Assembly: GCF_006345805.1 (NCBI RefSeq)
Contig: NC_043000.1
Span: 119,040,001-119,104,000 of the forward strand
Length of the DNA: 64,000 nucleotides
From: Octopus sinensis
Taxonomy: Eukaryota
Reading direction: 5' to 3'
In this document: one piece after another, positions 24,970-39,403 of the stretch
Layout: each line of letters begins with the position of its first letter
Position numbering within the stretch: the first letter of the stretch is position 1
The notes under the pieces: model-generated
Seen by the model: only the letters and a program-made list of their open reading frames with translations
Told to the model about the DNA's origin: nothing
Database searches by the model: none
Made by a program: the position numbers and the translations under genes

Positions 24970-26369
24970 GTTTGTATGTGTCTTTCTGACTGTGTTAGTC
25001 TTCCATCACCGTTGAAAACCGTTCCCGCAACTAAGCGGTTCGTCAAAGGATTCCATAAGAATAAGTATTGGGCTTAAGAAATACGTCCTGCCGGTGATTT
25101 TGTCAACTAAATCCCTTCAAGGCGGTGCTCCAGCATGGTCGATCAGTAGGAGAAATGACTTTTTGACGTTTCGAACATAGTTCTTTGTCGGAAAGGAGAA
25201 AGAGAAAAGCCCAAAGAAGTAGAAAGAAATCGCCAACAGCACGTGTGTAGTTACATATACATCACCGTCTTTATGTCCCGGAATATATCACCATATCACC
25301 TTCTTCAGAAATATGCTACAGTAAGTTTCATTCCTAAGAACAACCCCTCTCACCATACCAACTATCGTTTTATCACGCTCTCAGCATCTGAGAGGTGATG
25401 TAGCCAGCCGCGCCCAACACATTAAATGTCTCCCCCTCTGCCATTACCCTCAGTACGACTTTTGCGAGGCAAGGTCAACTGGAGGCTAACTCTCGTACGT
25501 CATTCATTATTGGTTCTCATCCCGGAGAAATTTAATATGAACAGAGATGTTACATTCAACATCAGTAAATCACTTGAACCTGTTTGAAATTCGAAACTCA
25601 GGGGGAAACTGCCCCCCTATGGATCCTAACTGTGTCTTGCATCACTATCTTCTTGTCAGATCACACTGGTTCGTTGTGTTCAGAGATAACTCTCACTCTC
25701 GCCTTCTGTCCGTCTGTCTGTCTCTGGTTCTCTCTCTCTCTCAACTTTGATCATCCTTAAGGTTCAGTTTTAACTCACAGACCCTTAAACAATCCCCCAG
25801 CAACGCCCGCACTTCCCTTCTTTTGAGATGATGGATGACTATTTGAATGAGAGATTTAGGTGTTCTTTCTAGTCGGTCAGTTAGTAAAGTGGAAGCTCTC
25901 TCGCTTACTCGTTCACCACTAGCAACCTTTTCTCCTGTCCATTTATTACAGTGAGCCAGGACGATTGAATATTAAAATATTAAGTGAAAATGCGACTTTT
26001 TCCAGAATTTGGATTTTTTATACGGCAAGCATACCGTCCAGATCTCTAATTTGAGTATAACGGATGTCCTTCCATGTCCCTAACAATCCCGGAGGCCTTG
26101 CAGAGAAGCCGTTCTTTGGTGTATACATATACAGGTCAGCTATTACAGACGAAAGAAATGGGAAGTATACATTAAGCGTAGAGAGGAGGGAGAGAAAAAG
26201 AAAACGAAAGAGAAACAGAAACGGGAAACTAGGGAGAGAAGAGAGAAAAGGAAGAAGTTGCTAGCTCGTATGAAGTTGGAAAAGGAAAAAACACTTAAGA
26301 AAAGACAGTTCACTAAATGTGTGTAACGAACGCACACATAAAATAAAATTACACATACACACACACACA

Positions 26370-26422
<53 letters not shown>

Positions 26423-26989
26423 TTAAGTATATATTTGCATACAAATCCACATATATGATTATGTATGTAAATAATGAAAAATATGTACGCAAATACGTGC
26501 TCACATAAATATAAGTATATACACTATACGTATACATCCATGTACGTATGTACATAAATATAAATATAAACATACACATATACTTAAACACATACACAGA
26601 CGCACACATACACATACATAATCACACCCACAATACACACATACGCAATTGTATATATACAAACAATTTATTAAAGCTACTCAATGGATATAGTACTAAA
26701 ACTACAAATTTACAAAATGCAGCACCATATATAGAAATATCCATGAATTAAATGTAACAATTAAATGGGTTTCTAAAATGCAATGAAATAAAATACAATA
26801 ATAAAATTATAAAAACAAGAAGAATGAACCCCGGTAAATTTTCAGCTTTTCTTAATTTTTTTTTAAAGAATACGTCGAGATATACATTCGCTATCATTGC
26901 GATGCGAAATAACCATACATTACAAATACAAATTCAAAGGTGGCATTCGAAGCTTATTCAAATGTCAACATATATTATTCATATGGAAT

Positions 26990-27715
26990 TTTGTCAGTTG
27001 ATATTTTAAATTTTGTTGCCTACCTACAGGAATTTAAGAGTTTGCGTCTTTTATTAAGAGCGCTATTATCCATACACACACAAGCGCATACTCAGTACAG
27101 AGAGGCATAAATTGCATTTCATGGGCCTTTTATGAGCTCCATGTCTGTAAGCTGATGCTTTATCTGAGATTTTCCATGTTACATTGAAAGGACAAGTTTC
27201 ATTTTCTTTCAGTTCAAAGACATATTTCGCCAAACTAGTCTTTGTCCTATTTTCGGGGTAGCGGCAGGAATTTCAGTGGGAACAAAATCGGGTCTTGAAA
27301 GATTTTTCTGAAGTCCCTGTGTATGTTTTATATTCTTGTGAGCTTTCTATTTGTATTTTGGCCCTATACACAATACCTTTCTCCAGACATTTTCCTTCCA
27401 ACGGACAGGAGGTCTCATCTTTACAATTACAAATCTTCAGATTTGAACCGGCACTCTAGCTATCTGTAATTATTTTAGTGTTGTGTTGGCTAATGCAAGA
27501 GGCGAAGTTTTTACAACAAGAATAGTAATCTTCAGCGTTCTTCTATTAAATATTCTCTAAAATTTATGGCTAAGTAGAAAATGCCTAGAAACTAATTTTA
27601 AGAATTCTCAACCTATATTAGATTTTACGGCCATATTAAATGCTGGGTTGAACCACAAAACCTTTCTAGTTCTAGTTCTACGTGTGGTATTATTGCTAGC
27701 ATTAACTTGGGTGTA
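26990..27715 (-). mobile_element. Penelope-like element (Poseidon-type) C-terminus with GIY-YIG, decayed; mirror of 38030-38760
   Basis: Reverse complement of 38030-38760. Confidence 0.82.
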
Positions 27716-28844
27716 CTGGATCTTCTCAGAGAATCTACTATTCCTTCATGCATTGTTGTAATAGGTTGCAGTATTTTGAAATGCTGTCCCATTCAAAGAA
27801 ATTGATGATATTCGCCTACCTACCTATATATATATATATATATATTTTTAAATTCTTAAAAATATATTTTTCTGTCTATATATATGTACTACGAAACAAA
27901 CATGATTTTTATTGGAATCCTAATAGTTTTTGTTGAATACTTTCTTCAATACTTTCTTTAAACTGTTTTTAATATTTTTTTTAATTTTTATCAAAGAACG
28001 TATATATGTATTTCAGTATATTTGTGACAACCAGCACTCACCACAAAAAAGCTTATACAAAGCTTATATTTTACTTTTAACAATATTTTTCTAAAAAAGG
28101 AAACCGATCAAGTGAATAAACTTCTTTAGAATTGCATTTTCAAATCTTCTTTTATATATAGCAATGTGGAATAAACAGGAATTTTTTTTGTTTCTGGGCT
28201 AGTATGTCATGGTTCAGTGGTTTTTCGGACTGGTCATAGAGTTCAGAATGGTGTGAGTGTGTATGTGTGTCTCTGTGCACGACTTTATGTGTATGTGTAT
28301 GTGCTTGTGTCTGTGTTCATGGGCCGTTTTTAATTGGTCCCAGAGTTTTGTGTGGAGTATGTATGGCTTTGTGTACATTTATCAGGATGGTTTGTGAATA
28401 TGTGTGCACGTTTGTGTGTGTGTATATGTGTGAACGCGAAATAAAAGACTCCAAGAACTAAAGGCAATTCCTCTCAAGAGACATTACCCAGCATATATAC
28501 ACACATATGTACACACACAAACTCAGTCGTTCCCCAGTAAAAATCACACACATACACTCAAAGGAAAGAATCACACACATACACACACACATATATATAT
28601 ATATTTCTTTACTACCCACAAGGGGCTATACACAGAAGGGACAAACAAGAACAGACAAACGGATTAAGTCGATTATATCGATCCCAGTGCGTAACAGGTA
28701 CTTATTTAATCGACCCCGAAAGGATGAAAGGCAAAATCGACCTCGGCGGAAATTGAACTCAGAACGTAGCAGCAGACGAAATACTGCTAAGCATTTCGCC
28801 CGTCGTGCTAACGATTCTGCCAGCTCGCCGCATACACATATATT

Positions 28845-31800
28845 GGGAGTATGATAGAAGGCTTGCTCTTCCTTCAGTAGAAGAAAAAATTCAAATCGGA
28901 CCATGTTAACATCAAACATTTAGCTGCTGTGAGCATTATACTTAGTAAGTTTTTTAACTAATTTGTTTTTAATATACCAACTTAACTACGGGTGTCTAAA
29001 AAATTATCTTTATTACTATACAAGACCTTTTTACCTTCTTTTATGGATTTCGAACTGAGACATTCCTTCTTAATAATTGTTCGATAACTTTTAAATGAAA
29101 CTTTTAACGGAAACGTAAAATTAAAAAACTTGTGGCGCATGTTCACATAAATGGACTTTTTGAAATTTCTTCGCATTTAAGATATACTTTTTGCCACATT
29201 CACTTTGCTTAAACGTGCTTCACACGACAATGCCTAAAGAAAGAGGGCTATAATACAATCGACCAGAAAACAGATGATGAAAAGGAGACTTCATTCACCG
29301 TCATTGAATAGTAGAAAGTCTCAAATTGCAGGGAGATCGAATGATACGGCTGTTATGTCCACAGATGAGCGTTGTTGAATCGACGGAAGGGAGATTCTGT
29401 TCCCATGGTATCTTCTCATTCAAATGAGAATGATGACGAGACTGCGATTCAAGGCAGCGGTAAAGCCTCAGCAACTATATTCCCACAGGCTGCACCGAAT
29501 AACAAAAATGTTCGACAACACAACGATGGAAATGCAACGATTAATACAGATATACAAACCTGCAGACAAAAATAATCGGCGTAGACTTCGTTTAGACTGA
29601 AAGGCTGCTGCTGAAAGAGTTGCAAGAGCTGCAGAGGACGATGCTCAACGTAAACTACGTCTGAGTAGAGCGCTGACTCTACGGCATTTGCCAGAGCTGC
29701 AAAGAACGATGCTCAACGTGAACTACATCTGAGTAGAAACGATGCCTCTACGGCATTTGCTGGAGCTGCAGAGAACGATGTCCAACGTGAACTACGTCTG
29801 AGTAGAAACGCTGCCTCTACGGCATTTGCCAGAGCGGCAGAGAACGATGCACAACGTGAACTACGTCTGAGTAGAAACGCTGCCTCTTCGGCATTTGCCA
29901 GAGCTGCAGAGAACGATGCTCAACGTGAACTACCAATGCATAGAAACGCTGCCTCTACGGCATTTGCCAGAGCTGCAGAGAACGATGCTCAACGTGAACT
30001 ACGTCTGAGTAGAAGCGCTGCATCTACGGCATTTGCCAGAGCGGCAGAGAACGATGCTCAACGTGAACTAAGTCTGAGTAGAAACGCTGCCTCTACGGCA
30101 TTTGCCAGAGCTGCAGAGAACGATGCTCAACGTGAACTACGTCTAAATAGAAGCGCTGCCTCTACGGCATTTGCCAGAGCTGCAGAGAACGATGCTCAAC
30201 GTGAACTACGTGTGAGTAGAAACGCTGCCTCTACGGCACTTGCCAGAGCTGCAGATACCGATGCTCAACGTGAACTACGTCTGAGTAGAAACGAAGCATC
30301 TACGGCATTTGCCAGGGCTGCAGAGAACGATGCTCAACGTAACTACCTCTGCATAGAAACGCTGCCTCTACGACATTTGCCAGAGCTTCAGAGAACGATG
30401 CTCAACGTGAACTACGTCTGAATAGAAGCGCTGCCTCTACGGCATTTGCCAGAGCTGCAGAGAACGATGCACAACGTGAACTACGTCTGAGTAGAAGCGC
30501 TGCCTCTACGGCATTTGCCAGAGCTGCAGAGAACGATGCTCAACGTGAACTACGTGTGAGTAGAAACGCTGCCTCTACGGCATTTGCCAGAGCTGCAGAG
30601 AACGATGCACAACTTGAACTACATCTGAGTAGAAACGATGCTTTTACGGCATTTGCTAGAGCTGCAGAGAACGATGCTCAACTTGAACTACGTCTGAGTA
30701 GAAACGATGCCTCTACGACATTTGCCAGAGCTGCAGAGAACGATGCTCAACGTGAACTACGTCTGAGTAGAAACGCTGCCTCTACGGCATTTGCCAGAGC
30801 TGCAGAGAACGATGCACAACGTGAACTACATCTGAGTAGAAACGATGCCTCTACGACATTTGCCAGAGCTGCAGAGAACGATGCTCAACGTGAACTACGT
30901 GTGAGTAGAAACGATGCCTCTACGGCATTTGCTAGAGCTGCAGAGAACGATGCTCAACGTGAACTACATCTGAGTAGAAACGATGCCTCTACGACATTTG
31001 CCAGAGCCGCAGAGAACGATGCACAACTTGAACTACATCTGAGTAGAAACGATGCCTCTACGGCATTTGCCAGAGCTGCAGAGAACGATGCTCAACGTGA
31101 ACTACGTCTGAGTAGAAACGCTGCCTCTACGGCATTTGCCAGAGCTGCAGAGAACGATGTACGACGTGAACTACATCTGAGTAGAAACGATGCCTCTACG
31201 ACATTTGCCAGAGCTGCAGAGAACGATGCTCAACGTGAACTACTTCTGAGTAGAAACGCTGCCTCTACGGAATTTGCCAGAGCTGCAGAGAACGATGCTC
31301 AACGTGAACTACTTCTGAGTAGAAACGATACCGCTACGGCATTTGCCAGAGCTGCAGAGAACGATGCACAACGTGAACTACTTCTGAGTAGAAACGCTGC
31401 CTCTACGGCATTTGCCAGAGCTGCAGAGACAGCAGATAACAGATCCAATCGACAAGGTTGTGTTTCTCAGTACAAGGCCAATAGGCAAGGTATTTAGGGA
31501 GCAGTAAAAACAGGATGGTCATTGAAGGCTTTCAATTATGCTCCTACTAATGATTATGCAGACCACCCTGTCAATCAGATCGGCGGCATGTCGAAAACTT
31601 GTCAATTTTGCAATGCTAAAATTGGGTAGGTGAACCATCGGGATTGTCTTGTTCAAATGGAAAGGTAAAACCACCTACACGTAGGGATCCACCACAGCCA
31701 CTTAATCTTCTTCTTACAGGTACCCATTCTCTCTCAAGGGCCTGCCTTAATGATATCCGACATTACAATTGCGCCTTCCAGATGTCCTCATTTGGATCCA

Positions 31801-33884
31801 GTTATAAATTTGATAAGAGGGAATGTATGACAACTTTTAAAGTTCATGGTCAGGTGCATCATTTTATCGGCTCTCTGCAGCCTGTTGATAATAATCCACC
31901 GCAATTTCTCCAGGTATACTTTATTTCAGACAGCTTTCAACAGGCAGCAATGCAAAATTTATATGCCTTCACAGATGAAAACGATAAATACTCAATTAAA
32001 CTGCAAGTTATAATGGGCCTTCTTCTTGAACTGCAGGAAATGCTTCACAGGTACAACAGCCACATTCAGAGCTTTAAATACGCTTTGGAATCGGCTCCTG
32101 TGGAAAATTTCAGCGTTGTCATTGATGCTGATAGGTGGCTGTCCGGTGAACACGCAGGCCGCTACAATCCTCCTTCTTTCAATGAGGTCGCGATACTTCT
32201 AACTGGGTAGGAGGTTAATAAACGTGACATCTTTATTAAACAACGAGAGCATGGACTTCAGTGCGTTAATGAGTTAAACAGATCATACGATCCACTACAA
32301 TATTCCCTGGCTTGCGTTTACGGGGAGGATGGATACCATATCGGTATTCCACATTGGAACTCCTCTACAAAAACCGTTTCGTGTAAGGAATTCTTCGCAT
32401 TCCGATTTATGATAAGAGATAACTGCTTCAATCACCTCCACCGCTGCCAAGACCTCTTTAACCAATAAGCTACTGATGTGTGTGCAAAAATGGAATCCGA
32501 AAGTTTATGCTTCATTAAACTCAATCAAAAACACTACGCTGCAACAGTTATACTCACCTACGTGATGGAATGAATAACGATGCTGACCCTAAAAGTCTGG
32601 GAAAAGTATGCATTCTTCCTTCTACCTTCACATATAGCCCTCGATATATGCACGAAAAGACTCAAGGTGCAATGGTAATTGTAAGATATTACGGTCGATC
32701 ACATTTATTCATAACTTTTACATGCAATCCAAAATGGAAAGAACTTCAGGCAGAACTCCTTCCTGGTCAGACTTCTATGTGCCGTCATGATATAGTGGCT
32801 AGAGTATTTCACCTGAAATTGCATACACTTATGGATCTAATTAAACTAGGTGAGGTTTTTGGACCGTTAATTGTCACATGTACACGATTGAATGGTAAAA
32901 AAGAGGTCTTCTTCATGCCCATATTCTTATTTGGCTGACAACAAAGGTAAATTCCAACGACATCGATAAAATCATCTCTGCTGAGTTTCCTGATCCCTAA
33001 GTTGACAAGGACTTATACATGAAAGTTAGGGCCCATATGGCGCATGGTCCATGCGGACCAGGGTTTATCAAACAACTACCATGCGTTAAATACAAAAAAA
33101 TGTGCGACAAACATTATCCTCGTCAATTCGTTTGCGAAACGCAGACTGACTGTGACGGTTATCCGCTGTATATGCGTAAGCGACCAGGAGAAGGAGGTTT
33201 TACGGCTGTAGTTAAGAATCACGAAGTAGATAACAGATGGGTGATTCCCTACAATAAATTCTTGCTAAGTACTTTCGATGCCCATATTAATGTTGAATGT
33301 TGTAGTTCCGTGAAATTCATAAAATACATTTGTAAATACATCAACAAGGGTTCCGATGATGCTTCGTTTGGACTAAAAAAACGGTGAAAGTAGAGATGAG
33401 GTAAAACAGTACTTAGTTGGTCGCTACATCAGCAGTAATGAGGTATTTTGAAGGATATTCGATTTCCCCATTCATGATAGGTATCCTCCGATACAACATT
33501 TAGATATTCACTTAGACTATGATCAATGGATTGTCTACACCAACGAAAATGCTGCTGACTTGGCACAGACACTTCGTGAAACGACTTTATCAGCATTATT
33601 TAAACTTTGCGAAACTGACGATTTTGCAAAAACGTTATTTTATCCACAAGTACCAGCATACTACATATGGAACAGAAACGCATGGAGCCGTAGAAAACAA
33701 GGACAACCAATAGATAGATTTCCGGGCATCAAATTTTCTAATTGCTTGGGACGAGTTTTTACAGTCCCTCCTACTTGACATGAGTTTCTACTTACATGTA
33801 GTAAGGGGGCCAACATGTTTTCAAGATCTCAGAACATACGATAACCGCGTATGGTCATCCTACAGAGAGGCCTGTTTGGCTTTC
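28845..33884 (+). mobile_element. Decayed Helitron: 5' region, STPR-like repeat array, Helitron N-domain and HUH Rep; truncated before the PIF1 helicase
   Basis: MPK..RKR start at 29230; YNCAFQMSSFG, FKVHGQVHHFIGSL, HAGRYNPP, ILPSTFTYSPRYM, LFITFTCNPKW, IEW*KRGLLHAHIL (HUH), HGPCG, DNRWVIPYN, HINVE, IKYICKYINKGSD (Y2). Many stops and frameshifts. Confidence 0.94.
29635..31428 (+). repeat. ~26 tandem 69-bp coding repeats (23 aa ENDAQRELRLSRNAASTAFARAA), STPR-like
   Basis: Unit counted as 23 codons. E1, R6, R9, L10 and R21 match the score-and-three peptide repeat pattern. Confidence 0.88.
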
Positions 33885-34290
33885 ATCTTGGTTAATTCCC
33901 TTCCATTGTATTTTAAAATGTTTTAAAGGCTCTTGATATATGTGCTAATTAATAATTTTTTTGCTAGAAATTTTCTCATAAAAATTTCTTCTAAATCCCC
34001 TTAATTAATATTCAAAACCTGACAATTGAATAGATAATAATATCTGTTATTTAGTCTCTATTTTTATAATGGTCTTACAAAGTATAATGCTCACAGCAGC
34101 TAAATTTTGATATTAACATGGTCCGATTAGATTTTTTTCTTCTACGGAAGAAAGAGCAAACCTTCTTCTATCATACTCCCAATTGTGGTCAACTTGCGCC
34201 GCACGGTTTCAGAGGAGATAGTGTTAGTTGAAGGTTACCAAGCCTACCACAAACACACACGCAGACAACTCCAGGTCTATAAATATAAGA
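33885..34290 (-). mobile_element. 5' end of a Helitron-family element in reverse orientation
   Basis: Minus strand begins A|TCTTATATTTATAG..TGTGTGTTTG..ATCTCCTCTGAAACCG. Its interior is the inverse of 28850-28950, and a direct copy lies at 59138-59544. Confidence 0.65.
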
Positions 34291-34370
34291 TTTATCTTTG
34301 TGTGTGTGTACACACACACACACACACACATATATAAATATATATATGGATGTATATGTGCATATTCATA

Positions 34371-36047
34371 TCTATTATATCAAAGTCAATGTCTTAATGT
34401 GTGTTCGTGTCTTACTTAGACATTCGAAAACTGCTGCACCGATCATGATAAAATTTGGAACACAAAATCCAAGCCTAGGGAGAAGGGTAATGCTGTGTGT
34501 TTCATACAATTTCATGGACCAAAATTACTGAATAGATCCTTATGATATTTGAAACTTAGATTCAATGCATAAGGGCGGATATAATGCAATATGTTTGGTT
34601 TGAATTTCAGATGGCTTAAAATTTATAAATTCATAAATTTCAGATGGCTTAAAATTCAAACATTTTCGACGTTGATGAACTTTCAGCCATGGGTAATTGA
34701 CACACACCAGGAAGTATTCTCAAAGTTTCCACTTCACATGACGATTCTAACTCCCAAATTTTAGTCATTTCTTTTATGATCCAAAATTAGGTCATAAGTA
34801 CTGAATGGATCTTTACAAAATTTGGAAATTATATTCTATGCATAAGGGCCATAACCCCCATGACAATTCATATATTTTTGCTGTTGATGAAATTTTAGCC
34901 ATAGATATTAGACACAAATGAAGTAATATTTATAAAATTTCATCTTCTTACAAGTTAGAAAGACCTCTTCATGGGAAGTGAACACCCACAATTTAATCTT
35001 TTTATCTAAGCAAAGACGAATACAATTGTACTCTTGGAAGCTGTAGGGTCATCCGAGCATAAAATATGAGCATTATTTGTAAATCAATGGTACAACAGTG
35101 TAAGAGTTTGCTTTGACATATACTTAGATTGAGATTTCTGCAATGTGGTGCATAAATTTTTAAGTAAATGAGAAGCATCTTTGCCTCCACTGATTCAGTT
35201 GCAAAGTGTTGAGTAAAGTTATTTGGTTGCAGACCTCCTTTCAGCGTTTTTATTATCACCGGGTCACACATAGTCCCCAGATGGCAACATTGATTTCAAA
35301 GACTTCCCAGATGAGTGATTGGTTATTCAAAGACATTTATAGATTTTAAATTCATTCTGTCCAGTTACGTGTCAGCATAGTGGTCATTTGCAAACTCCAG
35401 AGGTGACACTTTCATTTCTCCTTAGCCCTCACGTCACACAGTTGTTAATGTTTATTTCAGTTGGGTCACGCCCTTCCAATTGTTATAGATTCGTAATGCA
35501 TCTTACGGTTGTGCCTGTCACCTGGATGGTGAGGAATCCTATAGTGGGAATGGTAACGACTAGAGTAAGGTAGCTGACTGCTTATTGTGATCATTCGTCT
35601 TTTGGTTTCCTGTAGCTTTGCTCGCTTTTACAAACCCAGTGAGCATATATTTCTTATTTCAAAGAAATTCAAACAATAGATATAAGACCCAAGTTAAAAA
35701 GATTCTCAACAATTCGAATTCTCTGGTTGACATTAAGACACCTACCTCCAATGAGGGGTCTTAACTCTCACATTTTAGAGCTCCATGACCTCCATTTTTC
35801 AGGAGCAAAATCCTTTTAACAGGTTCTATAAGATTGGAATTTTTGAATATGCGTATAAAAATCAGTAGTATCGGATACATGTGGCACGATTACAATTTTG
35901 TTAGGGTGTATAAAGAGGGAAATAACCCTCATCTGCAATTTTGATGAAATTCGGAAAATAGGTATTCCAGTTCATTACAGAAAATATAACAGATAAGTGT
36001 AATTATTCAATTGCATGTAACACGTTAAACGCCGGGTATCTCTGCTA

Positions 36048-36048
<1 letters not shown>
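34371..36048 (+). mobile_element. Non-autonomous Helitron
   Basis: Begins A|TC (34371) with a typical TCTATTATATCAAAG..TGTGTG..CCGATCATGATAAAATTTGG head and ends AACGCCGGGTATCTCTG-CTAG|T (36045-36049). Confidence 0.75.
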
Positions 36049-36093
<45 letters not shown>

Positions 36094-36369
36094 CGGTGTA
36101 CATTTAAACACATTAAGAGATAGCCATCGCTGGACTCCCTTACGCTAGAAGTTCAAACCACTAATTAGGGATAAATTCTCAAAGGGAATGAAAAATAAAA
36201 CATTTACCATCTATTTCCTGGACAATGGTTTCTGAATTTTTTAGCAAATAAAATAATTTGCCAGGCGATGTCTTCGTCAGCAGGTACGCCAAGATTAAAC
36301 ATATAAACACGAAGCTAATCCAGAATGTGCCTCTTGTATTTAATTTTTCAAATCCACCGCGCAAGCGCC

Positions 36370-37089
36370 GTTTTTTTATGTGGGGGACGTTTTTTTATTG
36401 GTACCAGAGTTGAGTGTGGTGTATGAATACCTCTGCGTATATTTAACAGGATGGTGTGTGTATATGTGTGTGATTTGTATTCGTCAGGGTGTTGTGTGTG
36501 CGTATGTGTATGTATATGTTTGTTCGCAGATGTGTATGTCTGCGTTTGTGTGTGTGAGTGTGTATGTTTGTGTGTGCTTTGTGTTGGTGGGGAAGTTATG
36601 TGTGTACGTGAGTGTGTATATGTGTGTATCTGAGTATGTTTGTGTTTTAATTGTCCTGACGTTGTGTGTGAGCAACCGTATGTGTTTGTGACGGTGCACA
36701 TATATGTGTGTGTTGGTGTGTTGTATTTATCAGGAGTTCTCTGTGTGTCCGTGTATGTTGTGTTATCCGGGTGGTGGGTATGTGTGTGCCTGTACGTTAT
36801 ATGCATGTTGGTACTGAGTATGCGTTTGTGTGTGTGTGTGTGCATATATGTGGGTGTGGTTTATGTAGTTTCCGGGTGTGTGTGCACATGGGTGTTTGTG
36901 TATTGTGTGAGTGTTTTGTGTCGTTTGTATTGTTTGTGTAGTGTGTGTGTATACGTGTGAGTATGTCTATGTGTCTTGTATTTGTCAGGGTGGTGTGTAT
37001 CATTGTGTGCGTGTACATGTTGGTGTGTATGTGTGTGTATGTCTGTGTGTTTGTTAGTGTTTGTTGGACTTGTATAGCTTGCATATATG
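36370..37089. repeat. Degenerate (TG)n-rich low-complexity tract
   Basis: Direct inspection. Confidence 0.85.
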
Positions 37090-38029
37090 TGTATGTGAGA
37101 TTTTTTACTTTGAGTGTATGTGTGATTTTTTACTGGGGAACGATTGAGTTTGTGTGTGTGTACATATGTGTGTATATATGCTGGGTAATGTCTTTCGAGA
37201 GGAATTGCCTTTAGTTCTTGGAGTCTTTTATTTCGCGTTCACACATATACACACACACGAACGTGCATACATATTCACACACCATCCTGATAAATGTACA
37301 CAAAGCCATACATACTCCACACTAAACTCTGGGACCAATTAAAAACGGCCCACGAACACAGACACAAGCACATACACACAAACAGAAACATACACATAAA
37401 GTCGTGCACAGAGACACACACACAAACTCACACCATTCTGAACTCTATGAACAGTCCGAAAAACCACTGAACCATGACATACTAGCCCAGAAACAAAAAA
37501 GAATTCCTTTTCATTCCACATTGCTATATATGAAAGAAGATTTGAAAATGCAATTCTAAAGAAGTTTATTCACTTGATCGGTTTTCCTTTTAAAGGAAAG
37601 TATTGTTAAAAGTAAAATATAAGCTTTGTATAAGCTTTTTTGTGCTGAGTGCTGGTTGTCACAAATATATTGAAATACATATATACGTGCTTTGATAAAA
37701 ATAATAAAAAAATATTAAAAACAGTTTAAAGAAAGTATTGATTGATTGATTCTAGTTTCAGCTCATGAGCTGGGGGCACCGTCATTTGAAGAAAGTATTC
37801 AACAAAAACTATTAGGATTCCAATAAAAATCATGTTTGTTTCGTAGTACATATATATAGACAGAAAAATATATTTTTAAGAATTTAAAAAAATATATATA
37901 TATATATAGGTAGGTAGGCGAATATCATCAATTTCTTTGAATGGGACAGCATTTCAAAATACTGCAACCTATTACAACAATGCATGAAGGAATAGTGGAT
38001 TCTCTGAGAAGATCCAGTACACCCAAGTT

Positions 38030-38760
38030 AATGCTAGCAATAATACCACACGTAGAACTAGAACTAGAAAGGTTTTGTGGTTCAACCCAGCATTTAATAT
38101 GGCCGTAAAATCTAATATAGGTTGAGAATTCTTAAAATTAGTTTCTAGGCATTTTCTACTTAGCCATAAATTTTAGAGAATATTTAATAGAAGAACGCTG
38201 AAGATTACTATTCTTGTTGTAAAAACTTCGCCTCTTGCATTAGCCAACACAACACTAAAATAATTACAGATAGCTAGAGTGCCGGTTCAAATCTGAAGAT
38301 TTGTAATTGTAAAGATGAGACCTCCTGTCCGTTGGAAGGAAAATGTCTGGAAAAAGGGATTGTGTATAGGGCCAAAACACAAATAGAAAGCTCACAAGAA
38401 TATAAAACATACACAAGGACTTCAGAAAATTCTTTCAAGACCCGATTTTGTTCCCACAGAAATTCCTGCCGCTACCCCGAAAATAGGACAAAGACTAGTT
38501 TGGCGAAACATGTCTGAGAATTGAAAGAAAATGAAACCTGTCCTTTCAATGTTACATGGAAAATCTCAGATAAAGCATCAGCTTACAGACATGGAGTTCA
38601 TAAAAGACCCATCAAATGCAATTTATGCCTCTCTGTACTGAGTATGCGCTTGTGTGTGTATGGATATTAGCGCTTTGAATCAAAGACGCGAACTCTTAAA
38701 TTCCTGTAGGCAGGCAACAAAATTTAAAATGTCAACCGACAAAATACCATATGAATAATA
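38030..38760 (+). mobile_element. Penelope-like element (Poseidon-type) C-terminus with GIY-YIG, decayed
   Basis: RKVLWFNPAFNMAVKSNIG*EFLKLVSRHF..HKF*RIFNRRTLK, GKCLEKGIVYRA..YKTY..SENSFKTRF..H, TSLAKHV*ELKE..VTWKI, KCNLCL, LNQRRELLNSCR. Confidence 0.85.
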
Positions 38761-39338
38761 TATGTTGACATTTGAATAAGCTTCGAATGCCACCTTTGAA
38801 TTTGTATTTGTAATGTATGGTTATTTTGCATCGCAATGATATCGAATGTATATTTCGAAGTATTCTTTAAGAAAACCTTCGACTGTCTTACATATCATTT
38901 TCAAGCTGAAAATTTACCGGGGTTCATTTTTCTTGCTTTTATCATTTTATTATTGTATTTTATTTCATTGCATTTTAGAAACCCATTTAATTGTTACATT
39001 TAATTCATGGATATTTCTATATATGGTGCTGCATTTTGTAAATTTGTAGTTTTAATATTATATCCTTTGAGTAGCTTTAATAAATTGTTTGTATATATAC
39101 GTTATGATCTAGATGTTTTTATGCGTATGTGTGTATTGTGGGTGTGATTATGTATGTGTATGTGTGCGTCTGTGTATTTGTTTAAGTATATGTGTATGTT
39201 TATATTTATATTTATGTACATGGATGTATACGTATGGTGTATATACTTATATTTGTGTGAGCACGTATTTGCGTACATATTTTTCATTATTTACATACAT
39301 AATCATATATGTGGATTTGTATGCAAATATATACTTAA

Positions 39339-39403
<65 letters not shown>

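Noticed and set aside
29635-31428. Regular repeat array as a possible CRISPR array
   Set aside because: Units are contiguous with no unique spacers, are a multiple of 3, and encode a peptide repeat inside a Helitron in a eukaryotic context.
35002-35650. Possible captured gene or PIF1 fragment inside the non-autonomous Helitron
   Set aside because: Only a faint GLC.TR-like resemblance interrupted by stops; not supportable by eye.
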